This document shows, piece after piece, positions 1 to 13,506 of a DNA stretch of 64,000 nt. Below the pieces are notes generated by a model that was given only the letters and a program-made list of their open reading frames with translations, had not been told where the DNA came from and ran no database searches. Each line of letters opens with the position of its first letter. Within the stretch, counting starts at the first letter, position 1. Position numbers and translations under genes: made by a program. Location of the stretch: positions 1 through 64,000 of the forward strand of contig JAUCBJ010009156.1 of assembly GCA_032718475.1 (NCBI GenBank). The letters are read 5' to 3'. Source of the DNA: Nemertoderma westbladi. Lineage: Eukaryota > Animalia > Xenacoelomorpha.

Positions 1-735
1 CGTGGAAATCATAATGGGTTCCGCAAAGGTCGTGGGACCATGGAGCCCATTTTGGCAATTAGAAAGATAATTGAAGAGTTATCAAAAAAGAAAGACAGAC
101 AACAGGCTATTTTCCTTGTTGACTTCTTCAAGGCCTTTGATTCAGTCTCTCGCTCATGTATGTTCAGCACACTTTCATTATATGGGATTCCTGATGAAAT
201 TATTGCAACAATCAGATAAGTATACGATGGTTCGACTACATTTGTGTCTACTGTTGACGGTGACACAGAACCATTTGAAGTGTTATGGGGCGTCCTCCAG
301 GGACACACTTGCACCATTCTTGTTCATAATTGTGGTTGACTATGTTCTATGCATGTCCTTAGATCATCATAATGATGATGTGGTGATGATAACTCCACCT
401 ACTAGCTCCAGAAGTACCTAACTGATCTAGACTTGCTGATGATTTAGGAGTACTCTCAGAATCACTAGATGGAGCCCAACGGCTTGGCTCCTCAACCCAT
501 TATAACAGGATGCTTCTAGTGTTGGTCTTTTTTGTTAACTCCAAGAAGACCAACATTTTGACAGTTAACTTTGAAAGTTCCCAGGACAGGTCTTATCGGA
601 TGAGCATAGGGTGCCTACAGTAAGTTCAAAAGATGGTATGCTTGAGCATGTGGACGACTTCTGTTACCTGGGATCATGGATCCGGAAGTCAGGTGAGGAC
701 CTTCGAATACGTAAGGGAAAGGGATGAGGATTTGG
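1..735 (+). mobile_element. Degenerate non-LTR retrotransposon (RTE-like LINE) reverse transcriptase fragment
   Basis: Frameshifted translation gives NGFRKGRGT..ILAIRKIIE, FLVDFFKAFDSVSR, GVLQG(D)TLAPFLFIIVVDYV and a later FCYLGSWI, all typical LINE RT motifs; multiple stops and frameshifts. Confidence 0.8.
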
Positions 736-748
736 AAGTCACACTGGT

Positions 749-797
749 TAGCGCTACTGATAAGGCCTGATAGGCCGAAACGTACGTATAGCGCTGG
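749..797 (+). ncRNA. Minimal type I hammerhead ribozyme-like motif (Penelope-type) with a core variant
   Basis: tagcgcta-CTGATAA-ggcct gat aggcc-GAA-acgtacgt-A-tagcgctg: stem I agcgcta/tagcgct, stem II ggcct/aggcc, palindromic stem III ACGTACGT, GUA cleavage triplet; core reads CUGAUAA instead of CUGAUGA. Confidence 0.6.
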
Positions 798-1721
798 TTC
801 AACCCCCGTTGATGTGCTTTTTCATTTTTTCCACTTCTGAACAAAACTATTATATTACATCATTAATTACAGTTACATTAACAGCTCACCCAGTGAACAA
901 CAAGCGTGCTAGGCGAATGTGTGGCGAACGACATGTTCGCCAGACGCTCTGGTACATTTCATGAGGTGCGGAATAGATTCGCCAATGATTCTTGTCTGGG
1001 AATATTTTTCAGGTAAGCGCCAGGAGTGCGTGGCGCATACTAAGAATTTCATTAACAGGAATGATTTATCCATCGAATTCCAAGCATGCGTGGTGAATGG
1101 GTTAGGAATGCTTGTCTGCGTATAATATTGGTCAGGATCATTTTCACGGAATTCTTAGATAGACTGTACTATATAAATGTTGGGTTAACAGTCTGGCCAC
1201 TCATCACTCACTGTGTTATACACAGGACTAAACTTAGATATATTTAAATTTGGGCGCAATTTTTTTTAAATCAATGTACTCCATGTTATGAGATGGTAAT
1301 ATTGTTTCTCGTTATTTCTGTAGTTTTGATAATTTATTAATTATTATCGCCTTATTATTTGTGGTACAACTGATGCTGCAGTTTAAATTAATAATTTGAA
1401 TTTATCAATGTAGGAGGTACAATACTGTATACATTATTAGGAGCCCGCTCGACAGAGCCCTGCCTGAGCTGCATCAGCTAGCTGTGGAGTAGGAATGGTG
1501 GAGTGCAGGGCTGTCTGAGATAGAATTCCGGTGCAAATTTGTCGACAATCCGAGGCATACTGTAGTATTGCACGCCGCATCACATCAAGCAAATTGTGGA
1601 TTTCATGGTGGTGGCACCAATTACAAAAACAAAAAATATGTGCAATATTTTATTGAGCCCAACGGCGCCTCATACATGCTATGTAGCGAGCCGATTAAAG
1701 ATCGAGCGCATGGGTAGCCAA

Positions 1722-1791
1722 GCCAGCTGTCCCAGTAGTCCCTAGCCAGCTGTCCCAGTAGTCCCTAGCCAGCTGTCCCGGTAGTCCCTAG
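1722..1791. repeat. Three copies of a 23-bp tandem repeat upstream of SMU1
   Basis: gccagctgtcc(c/g)agtagtcccta-type unit repeated three times. Confidence 0.8.
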
Positions 1792-1965
1792 CAGCAATCA
1801 GCAGCAGTTTTTGGTATAGGCCTATTTCGTATTTATTGGTCCGTATACTGATACTGGTATACTCTATACTGGGTTGCAGTTTCTTCATTAGGCTAAATTT
1901 GTTACTTTTTGTGTAGGCCCCCTATTCATTTTAGTATAACCAATATTTATTAAATTAGTACCGGT

Positions 1966-3507
1966 ATGGCGGCCGTTGAGATAGAATCAGCCGACGTTAT
2001 TCGACTTATTTTACAATACATGAAGGAAAACAATCTCGCTCGATCCATGCAAATTCTTCAGGAGGAAAGTACAGTTTCCCTAAACACGGTGGATTCAGCC
2101 GATAGCTTCATACAAGAAATCCTACAGGGTCATTGGGACACAGTACTGCAGGCTATACAGCACCTAAAACTTCCTGATAAAACTCTCATAGACTTATATG
2201 AACAAGTAGTTCTAGAACTAATAGAACTGCGAGAGTTAGGAGCTGCAAGATCGTTATTGAGACAAACAGATCCGATGATCTGTCTGAAACAACAAAGTCC
2301 GGACCGCTACATTCATCTGGAGAACCTACTGGCTCGCTCCTACTTCGATCCTCGCGAGGCCTACCCGGAAGGGCAGAGTAAGGAGAGGCGCAGACAGGCG
2401 ATAGCGTCTAGTCTCTCCGGGGAGGTGAGTGTAGTCCCTCCCAGCAGGTTGATGGCGTTAGTAGGACAGGCGATTAAATGGCAGCAGCATCAAGGTCTCC
2501 TCCCCCCTGGAGTTCAAATCGACGTGTTTCGAGGTAAGGCCGCGATACGCGACCAAGAGGACGAGAAATACCCGGGAATTATTCACAAAACCATAAAGTT
2601 CGGCTCGAAAACCCACATCGAGTGCTGCGCATTCTCACCGGACGGACAATACCTAGTTAGCGGCTCGGTGGACGGATTTATAGAAGTTTGGAACTTCCAA
2701 ACAGGGAAAATTCGTACCGATTTGAAGTACCAAGGAGCGGATAACTTTATGTTAATGGAGACAGCGGTTCTCTGTCTGGGTTTCAGTGGCGACTCCGAGA
2801 TGCTAGCCACGGGTTCGCAGGATGGGAAGGTAAAGGTGTGGAAGATCGTAACAGGTCAATGTTTGCGAAGGTTGGAGCGCGCGCATACCAAGGGGGTCAC
2901 CTCGGTGGCCTTCTCTAGGGATAACTCACAGATCCTAACCGCATCATTCGACGCCACAATCCGAATCCACGGTCTAAAGTCCGGCAAAACCTTAAAGGAA
3001 CTGCGAGGACATTCCTCGTTCGTTAACCAGGCCGTTTTCCTCCCAGACGGACACCACATAGTGTCGGCTTCAAGCGACGGAACGGTACGAGTCTGGAGTA
3101 TAAAAACCTCAGAGTGTATAAACACGCACAAATCGTTGGGCGGCTCCGGCGTGGATGTTACTGTGCATTCGGTAGCGGGACTCCCTAAACATCCAGACCA
3201 GTTCCTCGTATGTAACCGGAGTAACACGGTAGTCGTGATGAACGTTCAGGGTCAGATCGTTCGCAGTTTCAACTCAGGGAAACGCGAGGGCGGGGATTTC
3301 ATATGTTTTTGTGTTTCCCCCCGCGGCGAGTGGATTTACTGCGTAGGGGAGGATCGCGTCATGTATTGTTTCAGTACAACTAGTGGGAAGTTAGAACGAA
3401 CCCTTACAGTTCACGACTCAGCTGTTATAGGAATTTCTCATCATCCCCATCAGAATATTGTAGCTACTTTCGCTGAGGATGGATTACTTAAACTATGGAA
3501 ACCTTAA
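1966..3507 (+). CDS. SMU1: WD40 repeat-containing splicing factor SMU1 (intronless, 513 aa)
   Basis: N-terminus [19 protein letters not shown] (LisH/CTLH), [59 protein letters not shown]40 repeats, C-terminal [10 protein letters not shown]; length matches known SMU1. Confidence 0.97.
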   Translation: MAAVEIESADVIRLILQYMKENNLARSMQILQEESTVSLNTVDSADSFIQEILQGHWDTVLQAIQHLKLPDKTLIDLYEQVVLELIELRELGAARSLLRQTDPMICLKQQSPDRYIHLENLLARSYFDPREAYPEGQSKERRRQAIASSLSGEVSVVPPSRLMALVGQAIKWQQHQGLLPPGVQIDVFRGKAAIRDQEDEKYPGIIHKTIKFGSKTHIECCAFSPDGQYLVSGSVDGFIEVWNFQTGKIRTDLKYQGADNFMLMETAVLCLGFSGDSEMLATGSQDGKVKVWKIVTGQCLRRLERAHTKGVTSVAFSRDNSQILTASFDATIRIHGLKSGKTLKELRGHSSFVNQAVFLPDGHHIVSASSDGTVRVWSIKTSECINTHKSLGGSGVDVTVHSVAGLPKHPDQFLVCNRSNTVVVMNVQGQIVRSFNSGKREGGDFICFCVSPRGEWIYCVGEDRVMYCFSTTSGKLERTLTVHDSAVIGISHHPHQNIVATFAEDGLLKLWKP

Positions 3508-4582
3508 CTATATTATATGACGCCAATATTTACTCAGGCCGTTACCTTGTGTTTTTTATTTATGTTTGATTTATGTTTCAACAACAAAAAACTAAAGTAA
3601 AAATGATTTGTTTTCTTCATCAATGAAGTTGAGAGTTTAAGTAAAATATCAAATTCTCCGAATAGTATTCTATTCAGGTTGGACATTTTTATATGTGACA
3701 GGGATCATGGAATGTATGGGATCATGCTATATCACTAGCATTCCATTCAGGGATTACACTTTGATTGTTATGTTAATATCTCATAATATCTGTGTATGTC
3801 ATAGTATATGATGCTTAGGATTAACTATTTTAACTTATACTTTGAATTTGAATTTGAATTGTCGTCACCTGGTCATTTGTAAGTTTGAATTTTAATGCTT
3901 GTAAATGTTGCTTTGTATACACCATCTCCCTTAATACAACAACCATTTTTAGGGGGTCGGAGCCCCCCCCCCCCCTAATTTTTTCAAATTTCAATAAAAT
4001 ACAAGGAAATTTGATATGATGATAGTTTAACAACTTTTCTTACTGCTGGCAGAGCCGTATTTTTTAATTTATGCGCTATTTCTATTCAACAAGCCGTTAA
4101 AAATCGTCTATTGGACAAGATTTTACCATCTTTGCGCTGCCTTTATTTTTCGTCTTTGGAACATAATCTAGATATCATTAGAATCACCTTCATCTGCAGA
4201 TTCCGAATCTGAAAACCGCTTAAAAAAATTGCCAATGATATTATTAAAATACTAAGGTGTAAATTTAGAGTCGTAAATCGCTATAACTATAATTTTCGAC
4301 TTATTATTCTAGAATAACATTATTATGTTTGATTTTGTTATTTTCTTAAGAGACATTGAAGGTGCATATGACTAACATGCTGATAGTAGATCATTAATAG
4401 AGAGATTATCAGTAAAAACTTACTATATTACTGCAGCACCTGTTACACCAATAGAGTTATTCAGGGTCCTATTAACAAGTTTGAAACTGAAAGTTATTTT
4501 ATATTTCTTTATACGTGAACCTGCGTCTGGACGTCTTCAGCCCTCCAGGGAAGGATTACGTCATGGATTTTCGGTCCCCAGG

Positions 4583-5780
4583 TGTTTGCGCTTTTGAAGA
4601 CCTTTGACAGTTTAACCTGCCAAATTAGGATGTCTTTTAGATGATATATAGTCTTTAGCCTATGACGAGTATTTGATACACTACATTAGCCGAAGTCAGT
4701 CTATGCGCAATCATTCACCCGCTGGATATACCCGGGAGACGGAATTCGGAGCTTAATGATTGATGGTGTAAGCCTACCGTATTATTCGACTGATCGTAAT
4801 ATATAATCTCTGACAAATATTATTCACTTTCGGGAAATATTAACAGTTCCTTTAGGACGTGGCGCTCTAATTATGTAAACAGAGTTATGACTTAAACCAG
4901 ACGCAATGAGATGGCTATAGATTCACGTATATGGCGCATTCTTTAGGAGATGCTTTGTTATCAGTTACAATCATACACAATGCTGCACAATGCTGCACAC
5001 CAATCTGCCGACCTTCACTAATTTTAGTCACATACAAAGAGAATAACAGACAATACATGTAGGGCCTATAAAATAGCATTAGATTCACTTCAAACCACTT
5101 AACATAGGTCGCAATCGTTTATCTGTAACCGGTCTCTCTAACCTTTAGTATATCAAGAAGGTTGGGTGTCTGACTATTGATCAGTATTCCAAATATAATC
5201 TTCCATCAACAAATATAATGAATAATCGACAGCAAAAGCAGTAATGTTAAGTAAGATATGCATGATATGTTTAGTAAGCATTGAATTGCATTGATAAGGT
5301 AACTCGATTTGCATTGGTATGGTTAGGTTAGTAGTTTGATAACAGATATACGTTCTATAATTAAGCCTACTAATGTAAGACTAAAGACTGAAACACGGAG
5401 GTGCCAAAAGCCGGTGTTCTTAGGCTCTGGGCAAAAACATAACACTGAACTACTGAGTTCTGTATACACCTCCAACACAGAGACAAAAAACGCTCTGATT
5501 GGTCAACCGAACAACGAGAGAACAAAGAAACAAAGAAATGTCGACGTGGCAATATCAGCTGCTAGCCGTCGTCATGGTAGCGACACTGTTTTCAAGAGTA
5601 TCTAGCTTATCGCGTCACGAGATTGCGGATTATGTCCTCTAAAGTACAAATACAGAAGAAATGACGTTTATGTCCTCTAAAACACCAGTACAGCAAGGAC
5701 ACGGCCTTTTTATGCCTGGTAAACCAACTACAGAGTACTTTAAGGGGAAATAACCGGTTAATTACGCAAAAGCTTTTACA
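4583..5780 (-). repeat. 3' LTR of element A
   Basis: tgtttg...cttttaca, near-identical to 15791-16988; a short purine-rich tract (ctgggagcgg on minus) abuts it at 5781-5790. Confidence 0.93.
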
Positions 5781-5806
5781 CCGCTCCCAGAAAATGGGAT
5801 TTAAGT

Positions 5807-7365
5807 CTATAAAATATAACAAATCACAGTTTCTAAAATATAGAAATACTCTAAACAGTTAGTCTTTCTTACGCGGACGGCGTTTACGCAGCCTTTTGAG
5901 GCTAGCAAGAGTCCTTTTCTCTTTGGGGCGAGCCACTTTACTAGGAGGGCTATAAATCCTGGGTGAAGGGTGCAATATGATTGCATCAGAAGGTGTAGGA
6001 TTATGGTCGGGGTATCCGCCGTTTCGATATGCTTCTCCTCGAGCTGATTTTCCTCCGCTCGTAGCTGGATACGTTCATCCAAAAACTCTCGCAGAGAATG
6101 GGGTTGTCTAAGTTCGATATCTTCTTAGAGATTCTGGATTTCATAATCGAACTGAGATAAAGACAATTCGTTTATCGCTTGGACTTGCTGTTACAACTTA
6201 CGTTTATCTGAACAAATGCAGGTTTCCTTTCTGATCTTTGTAGAATAGCGTTTGACTCGTTTGGTACAACGTTCTCCGCCACTTTGGTGACAGGTTATAT
6301 CGTGTTAAGCCGGGACGATGGTAAGGGTTAAACGGCGATATAAAAAGTCCGCGTCCCAATCCGGCTAGGTAGAATGGGCTAATATCTAGGAAGCCCACAA
6401 CTGGGGTGCCACCGACTAATTGTTCAGGTAACACTAGATCTTTGAGCAGTGAGTACAACTCGGGAGGATCCGTCATACTAATAGGATCAAGAGTCTGAAG
6501 TCTCACTAGGGAATGAGGAGTTCTGATCGAGTATTCCGAAACTCTGATCATTGGTTTATTTAAGGATCGTCTGAGTCGAACGAGCGTAGGTGATACATCG
6601 AACAAGTTTCGCTCGAAACTCCCGTAAGTATAGCGAGTAAAACCGTGTTTAAAGCAATGTCTCCGCGGATGTTTATGTCTTTCCGTTTGTTGGTGGGGTC
6701 TTGGGCATTCATCGCAATAATACCAAAAACGCACGTCTTGTAGGGGAAACGCGAGTGATCTTTCTCCAGCTTACAATATTCCTCCATCCGGTACAACAGG
6801 TAGCGATCGATCGGCGGTAAGATACACCATAGTGTAATAGAGCCGTTTGAGTTCCACCAGGCGGTCATGAGGTGTACCTTGAGGATATCGAGTTTCTAGA
6901 TTCTGTTGACTGGTAATATCGAGATAGGTTTCTCTCAAGAATTCCAGGTATTTGGTGGAGTCGCTGCGTTTATCCGGCTCTTCGACATCTGCACTTTCGA
7001 GTCGGTTTCGAATAGAATTTTCGTGTTCGAGTCTCAATTTATCGTTCCGCTTCCACTGGGTATGATATTTAAATAAACCATTTCCCTTTGGTGTCTATAT
7101 CGTTCGTATCGTGTAGGTCGATAGGATGACCAGTAGTTAAGAAGTCCATATACATACCATTACGATGCGTATAGCGAGCGGTGAATTTTCTACAGTCTAA
7201 CCCACGCGCAAGTTGCTCCCGGGACATTGGCGGTTAGATATAACGACCATCGTCCTCCGTAGTAGTTGGACCAGCGTCGCCGCGTATCAAGCTATCAACA
7301 AACGCTTGTAAAGGTAGAGTATATCTTTCCCTGATACCAAGATCATCTTCTATCAACTCAATCAT
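5807..7365 (-). pseudogene. Decayed extra ORF of element A (env position), product unknown
   Basis: A chain of overlapping minus-strand ORFs (6771-7037, 6560-6868, 6204-6734, 5807-6082) plus an upstream frame starting MIELIEDDLGIRERY at about 7365 with in-frame TAA stops; lies between pol and the 3' LTR. Confidence 0.5.
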
Positions 7366-9011
7366 ATCTGCTATATAAGTTTATCCATATTATAATGAGT
7401 TTATATTTAGGCGAGCGGGCGTCGCTGCCTACCCCTCTCTGCCCCCGGACAGTGCGAGATCCTCAGCGCTGGTGTACTTTCGCCGATGTGCCTATCGCCA
7501 ACGTCGTAGCTGCACAACGACTACAACAACCAGCACGAGCCACTCCACCGTCCTTCCCAAAGGCTTAGATATACTTCAGGTTCTTACTGGAGAGTTAGGG
7601 TTACTTTCACAATTGCGACTCGCTACTGTAAACACACCTTAGTAGTAACATTCACCTACAAACGCACAAATTCCACGTAACAGTCACAAATGGTACACAT
7701 TCTATCACACATTCGGGTCATTTGTCCGTTAGTCAAGTGCCTTCCAGAATGTCACGTTGTTATTATGTATTCTTGGATACTAGCGGTGTGCTATTTATTC
7801 CGTATGCTATTCAATACGCAAGCTCTTTATTGTTCTTTTAATTCACTTCTAATTCTAGCGTGGTTGTTGCCATGGTGACATTATGGAAAGCTAGCGGTAG
7901 AATTAGGGTAATTCTCATGCATACAGATCTGGGATGCTATTTAATAGTAAGTCTTTAATGGTCAATATCCCCTTTATACATGATTCTATGAATTTTATCG
8001 GCTATTGACTATACATTGGAGATTCTCGCACACAAATACACTTAATAGAGTGAATCTCCGCTCCCATGATCTATTAATTAATGGAATTTTGGGAATGTTA
8101 TAAATTGTACAAAATGACAATTTATTAAATTCATTGAAATATCTGAATTTAAATTTATTCCCGTAAATTTTATTATTTAATGTTAAATAGACACAATTTT
8201 ATTCCAGAAAGTGTCTGGGGACTGGGATCCTTGATTCTAGGAATTTTGTCCTTTTAAGAGTATCGGTAAGTGCTACGATATCTTAATCGACTAGAATTTT
8301 AAAGGATCTGATATTTGACAGATTTTTGTAAATATTAATAATTAATATTTAGGATGGGCACCAGTTTATTCCAGAACTTGTCTGGGGACGTTAACCATTG
8401 ATTCTAGAAATTTGTCTTTCAAGTATATCGATGGGTGCCGCGATATCTTAATTGACTAGAATTACAGATGGTCAAAGGGTTTAACAGATTTATTTCGCGT
8501 TATACGCTACTGTTAGAGGGACATCACGCTACTATATGTATTATTTAATATACGGTATGAGAGCAATATCGCACGAAGCAATGTCAGTGTGAAGAGGCAA
8601 GTCGTTTCCAAGGTCTACCCAGAGCTTGATTTAGCCGAGACACGAGGATCTGAACTTTGCATTCCTAATACTCTGCCTACCAATAATACTTAAATATAGT
8701 AGTGGCTTTATTGTACTTTAATAAGTACGGATATTTCATCTTACTGTAGTCACGTATTTATAATATGATACGGGCAGTAAGGAAAGAGAAAAAGAATTAT
8801 TTCTCGCCGTCGCACTAAATATATAATATACGTAATTAAATAATAAACGCGAATATATATTGCACTAATCTACTAAATAATCTCTAAAATACCATACTAC
8901 TAAATAAAATTAAATAAAACGATTAAAATAAAATTACATAATAATACATACATAAATATAAAAATAAAACAAATACAAAATAATAGAGTCACACACCCCC
9001 TCCATATGTTG

Positions 9012-10124
9012 TTACGTTATGGAGTCCCTAGATGTTTGAAGGATTAGGGAGGTGGTCGTGGGAAGAGAATCTTGCCTTCCACAGTTTCCGGAGAGTCCTC
9101 CATTCCCTTCCGGTAAACACAAACGACCGACTGGGTGATTGAGTCGCTGCATCCCGAATACAATTCCAGGTTTTCTCTTCGTCCTGGAATAGTGACGATA
9201 GAAACATCGCTCTAGGTACACGACGGCCTTACAAAGCCGATTCCAGGAGCTATAGTGGTCCGTCGCTCCCTGTAGGAGAGGTGAGAGTCCCTGCAAGACG
9301 TCTGATGTTCCAGAGCTCCAATCGCTCTCTCTGATCTTCATGAAGGATCCACTCGCGGTGGGGAGGTCCAGATCCACGGCGTCGTCCCTGGCAATATGTA
9401 ATACTGACAGATCTATCCCGGGTTCAAATAACTCCGATCCACCCGTCCGGGTTTTAGGTTTGACTTTCTCCGCTCCCTTGGCTGGTCTAATCTCAGTCGG
9501 AGTAAGATGGGGAGGCCATTCATCCTCCTTACTCAGGAAGTCGGGTTCACCTAACCGGTCTGTAGTATCTGTCAGTTCTTGAGGAGTTGCTCCTCTGGAA
9601 GCGATGTCAGTTGGATTAAACTTCTTGGGGCAATATCTCCATTGATCTACATTGGAGCTAATATCGTCATTATCTGAGGAGTATGGTGTTCCCTCAGTTG
9701 GGTCGTCTCCCTCACTAGTATCATCTTCCCATTCACTCACCTGGCAGACGCGATCTTGAAGCAGTCTTTCTCTGAGCGTTCTTCGGGAAGGTCCAGTAAG
9801 GTACCAACCTACTCTAGTTCTTACCGCATAGGTCTGAAGTGGTTGCGGTTGAGCAGGTCGTTTCTCCAATGTCTCCAGCGCCTCATGCGCGTTTTGACCG
9901 ATTAATATTTGTACTCCAGGATAATCGGTGTCGAATCTAGGAATGTTAAGTTGTTGGGCATGATCATCTTCGTCCCAATTATAAGGTTCCACTTGGGTGG
10001 TAGCGAAGTTCTTTATTGCCACCATTTTGACTGACCTTATACTGTGTTCTCCTAGTTTATCCTGTGGAGTGGACAACTCACCTATATAATAGTCGGCAGC
10101 CACAGCAGATTTCCAAACCTGCAT
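9012..10124 (-). pseudogene. Element A pol remnant lacking RT, most of RNase H and integrase
   Basis: ILIGQN and AVRTRVGWYLTGP (post-protease) are joined after a short acidic linker to QWRYCPKKFNPTDIASRG and YSSWNRL (post-RNase H); no YVDD or DDE motifs. Confidence 0.8.
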
Positions 10125-10130
10125 GATCCC

Positions 10131-13100
10131 TTACATGTTTAGCTTGGTTCGGAACTTGGGTTGTCCAGCAAAGATGTCTTCGGCTAGTTCTTTATCGATG
10201 AATGTTCCTGTGCTGCCGGAGTCCAGGAGGGCGTTCACTATATAGCTCTTCTGAGGTCCGTGGACCCGTAACTGGACTACAGGAAATTCTCGGATTCCTA
10301 TATTTGAAGTTGGCGCTTTCCAAGATTGTTGTTGATCTGAAGTAGTTAGGGTGAGGTCGCTGTCTGTGTCTTTCTCATACATGAGTGCTCGATACACTGC
10401 GGTGGTGTTTATTAAGTAACAGGATTCGTTTTGGTCGGAGAATTCGTCCGTATAGAATCCTTCCATCTCAGAACTTTGGTCAGTGTCGTTCACATCACTG
10501 AATTGGACATGTAGTTGTTCGGACTCACTTACCTGACTCGGGCTGCTTCGTTCGAATTCAGTGTGCAACAAGATATGATGTTTTGCACCGCACTTTGCAC
10601 ACCTTGCGTCGGAGTAACAGGTTCGCCGTTGGTGTCCTCGTCTGAGGCAATTATAACACAACCGCTTATCCCACATGACTTCCCGTCTCTCTTTTAATGA
10701 TTTCTTTAAGAATTCATCGCACATATTCAAGCGGTGGGGCCCGTCGCACAGCACACATTTGGGTTTGATGTTACTTACTTTAACCTGTGCTGTGTGGTGC
10801 ACACTTGTTCTTTCCTCGGGCTTTCTTACATGAATTCTCTTGGGAGACGTAGGAGGGGTTTTTCTTACCGGTTCTCTTCTGTCATTGGGTCGAGACTTGA
10901 ATTTACTTACCTGTTCTATAGGCGCTTTATTGCCATAATAAGATCTTTCAGTGTCTTTTCCGCTGTCCTCTCCTTGAGAAGTCTGGCTTTCGCCGTCGTC
11001 TGTATAACACACTGGTGTTACCCTTCTCCTAGAAACGGGTTTCTCACTTACCTTGTTTTCCAGTGTCTTCTCTCTGGACTGCCTTAGGAGCTGTAATTTC
11101 ACTTCTCCATCTAAGAATGACATGAGATCAGCCATGGTAGGGTCTTGTCGTTGTTGTTCCATCATATATAACACCTTCTTGTCCCAGCGTGTACCTACTC
11201 CACCCTTGGGCAAAGTAGATGCTAAGGCTCCTACAACCATAGAATTCTGGTATTCATGAGACTTACCTAGCCAATCTAATTGTCTACAGATCTCCTGAAT
11301 CTCATCGGAAAACTCTATAATCCCGCTGCTAAGAAACTTTCGGGGCGCCATTAACTTTGCATACAAATACCTAGCTATGTTATTCCTATTACCATACCTG
11401 ATGTTTAGTGTATCCCAAACTTGTCTTAATCCGTCTGGATGTCCAATAAACTTTAACGCCATTAACTTGGGAGATCCTTCCAAGCACTCGATGAGGAATC
11501 TAAGTTTCTCTCCATTAGATAGTACAGAGTTCTGTATGTTATCTTTGTAATATTCATTAAAAGGTAACCATTTCATCTCATCTCCATTGAACTTGACGAT
11601 CTCTCCCACCTTTACTGCTTGCCGGGCTTCGGTTCTAGCCATTTGACGCGTAAAACTTTCTTGGGCCATCGTGTTATTTAATATCGAGTTATCGGTATAT
11701 AAATTTCTCGGATTATGATCAGGTCTATATGGAATATTATTATCAACAGGTTTATAATCACCCTGAATAGGGTTTACTATAGGAGTTTCTACTTCACTAG
11801 CAGTATAGATGCGTGTAGGCTCCACACCTTGCGCATGAGATACTTCAGACCTAACGGGTTGACACATTGTTACAGGGGGTGGTGGTATACCCTTTTGTAA
11901 ATTGACTAATTTATCGCGTTCTAACGCGATACTTTGCTGCACCTTTTGCAACTCTAACCTACTTTCCCTTACTGTTCCCTTGAGCTGCTGAACAGTCTCT
12001 TCCATTTCCCGGACCTGCTGAGAGGAGCACAAACAGTGTTCCCTCAGCTGCTCGAGCAGGAGACCCATCTCCCGTCGTCCCTCAGCTACCCACTCAACCG
12101 CCGAAGCGGGATTCGCCAACGTAGTAGCGGGCGAGCGAGAGACGACGGGCGATAAATTCTTGATATCTCGCTCGGCGTCCAGGACGGGTTCGGACTCGGG
12201 AACAGTCCTACTGGGCACAGGTAGTTTCGTGCTGTGTAAAGGGAATTTAGAGGTAGGTTCGGGGAGTACAGATGTCTCTATCACCGAAAGGGTGGCTTCG
12301 AGAACAGGCCTAATTATTTCAGGCTCATCTACTACAGTAGGGAGTCTTTCTACTGTAATAATTTGGTCTGTGGGTTCTGTACTACCTAAGTCTGTGCTAG
12401 CTAGTTGCCTTCTCCCAGCTGGGGGCAGATTAGGCAATTTCTGACAGTGAGGCATTCTTCTACGTCCGTTGGAACGAGATCTATTTCCTCCGCCTTCAGG
12501 ATCAGTGGTATCGCCTTCATCAGATGACGTAACGCTTGCGTCCTTCTTCTGAGGTTTCTCTGCCGTCGCTTCGCCTTCCACTTGAGAAAAGACAGCGTCT
12601 GTTGATTCTCCTTGGGTCATGTGCTCGGTTAGCAGAGCTTTCCATTGAGTCGTTTCTTGGACTTTAAGACTCACTCGCCAGAACCAAGTCTTTACGGCGA
12701 CCCGCAACGACGTATCTTGGCTTATCCTTGAGACTTTCTTATAGGCTGAAAGAATTAGTCTGATCCACAGAACTCGTTCGCGAACTTGATAAAACAGCTC
12801 TTCCTGCTCCCGAGGTCCGTGAGGCCGCTGAAACATCTGCTCCTCCAATAGCAACAGAGAGCTGAAGAATCTCTGTACATATCCTGCTGCCGACTCCTTC
12901 CACCTAGCCGAATCCCTAGTGTACCATACCACTCCCATCCTGTATAAGTCCTCCCAGCCAGCTTTCGATAAGTTAAACGGGAGTCTGAATTCCATTGAAA
13001 TTCCATTGCGTCTCGACAATAGACTTCAGTTCCTCCTTCGTGTATCCCGCATAACTGACCTTGGTCGATCGCTTACTTCTCGCCCAATCGCTTTGGTGTT

Positions 13101-13506
13101 CCTCCACCGCAATCAATACCCTTTTGAGTACGGCTACAGGAAGGATGAGAAGGGGATCCGAATAAACTGCATCTGCCATCTTTGCTCCGCGCTCGGGTGT
13201 CAGCTCTACAGTATCCGCACTACTGGAGCTGTCGGGCCGCTGAGAAATAAGTTCTTGGCTCGCGGGTTGTTGCTGTTCCGCTGCTTCTTGGTCCCGCTTG
13301 ACCTGAGCTCGAGTGCCTATGATAGACCTACGATGTTGGACCAGCCTAGGTTCTGATATTACTACTGGAGGGATGACCTTCCTCACAGTGGGAGGTGAAC
13401 TGAACTTAGGTGTAGACGGTTCTACACCCTTATCTGAGTCGCAGATAGTTACATCTAATAAACTGTCTGACAGGTTCTGCTTAGTATCAGACATGTTTGT
13501 TTGCAC
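10131..13506 (-). CDS. gag: Element A gag-protease polyprotein (frameshifted between 12973-13506 and 10131-13019)
   Basis: DUF1759-like KFNGDEMKWLPF...EKLRFLIECLEG, BEL triple Cys/His box CVLCDGPHRLNMC / CYNCLRRGHQRRTC / CAKCGAKHHILLH, aspartic protease ALLDSGST. Confidence 0.88.

Noticed and set aside
5336-5822. Small ORFs duplicated at 16544-17000
   Set aside because: They lie in the LTRs and are duplicated only because the LTR is.
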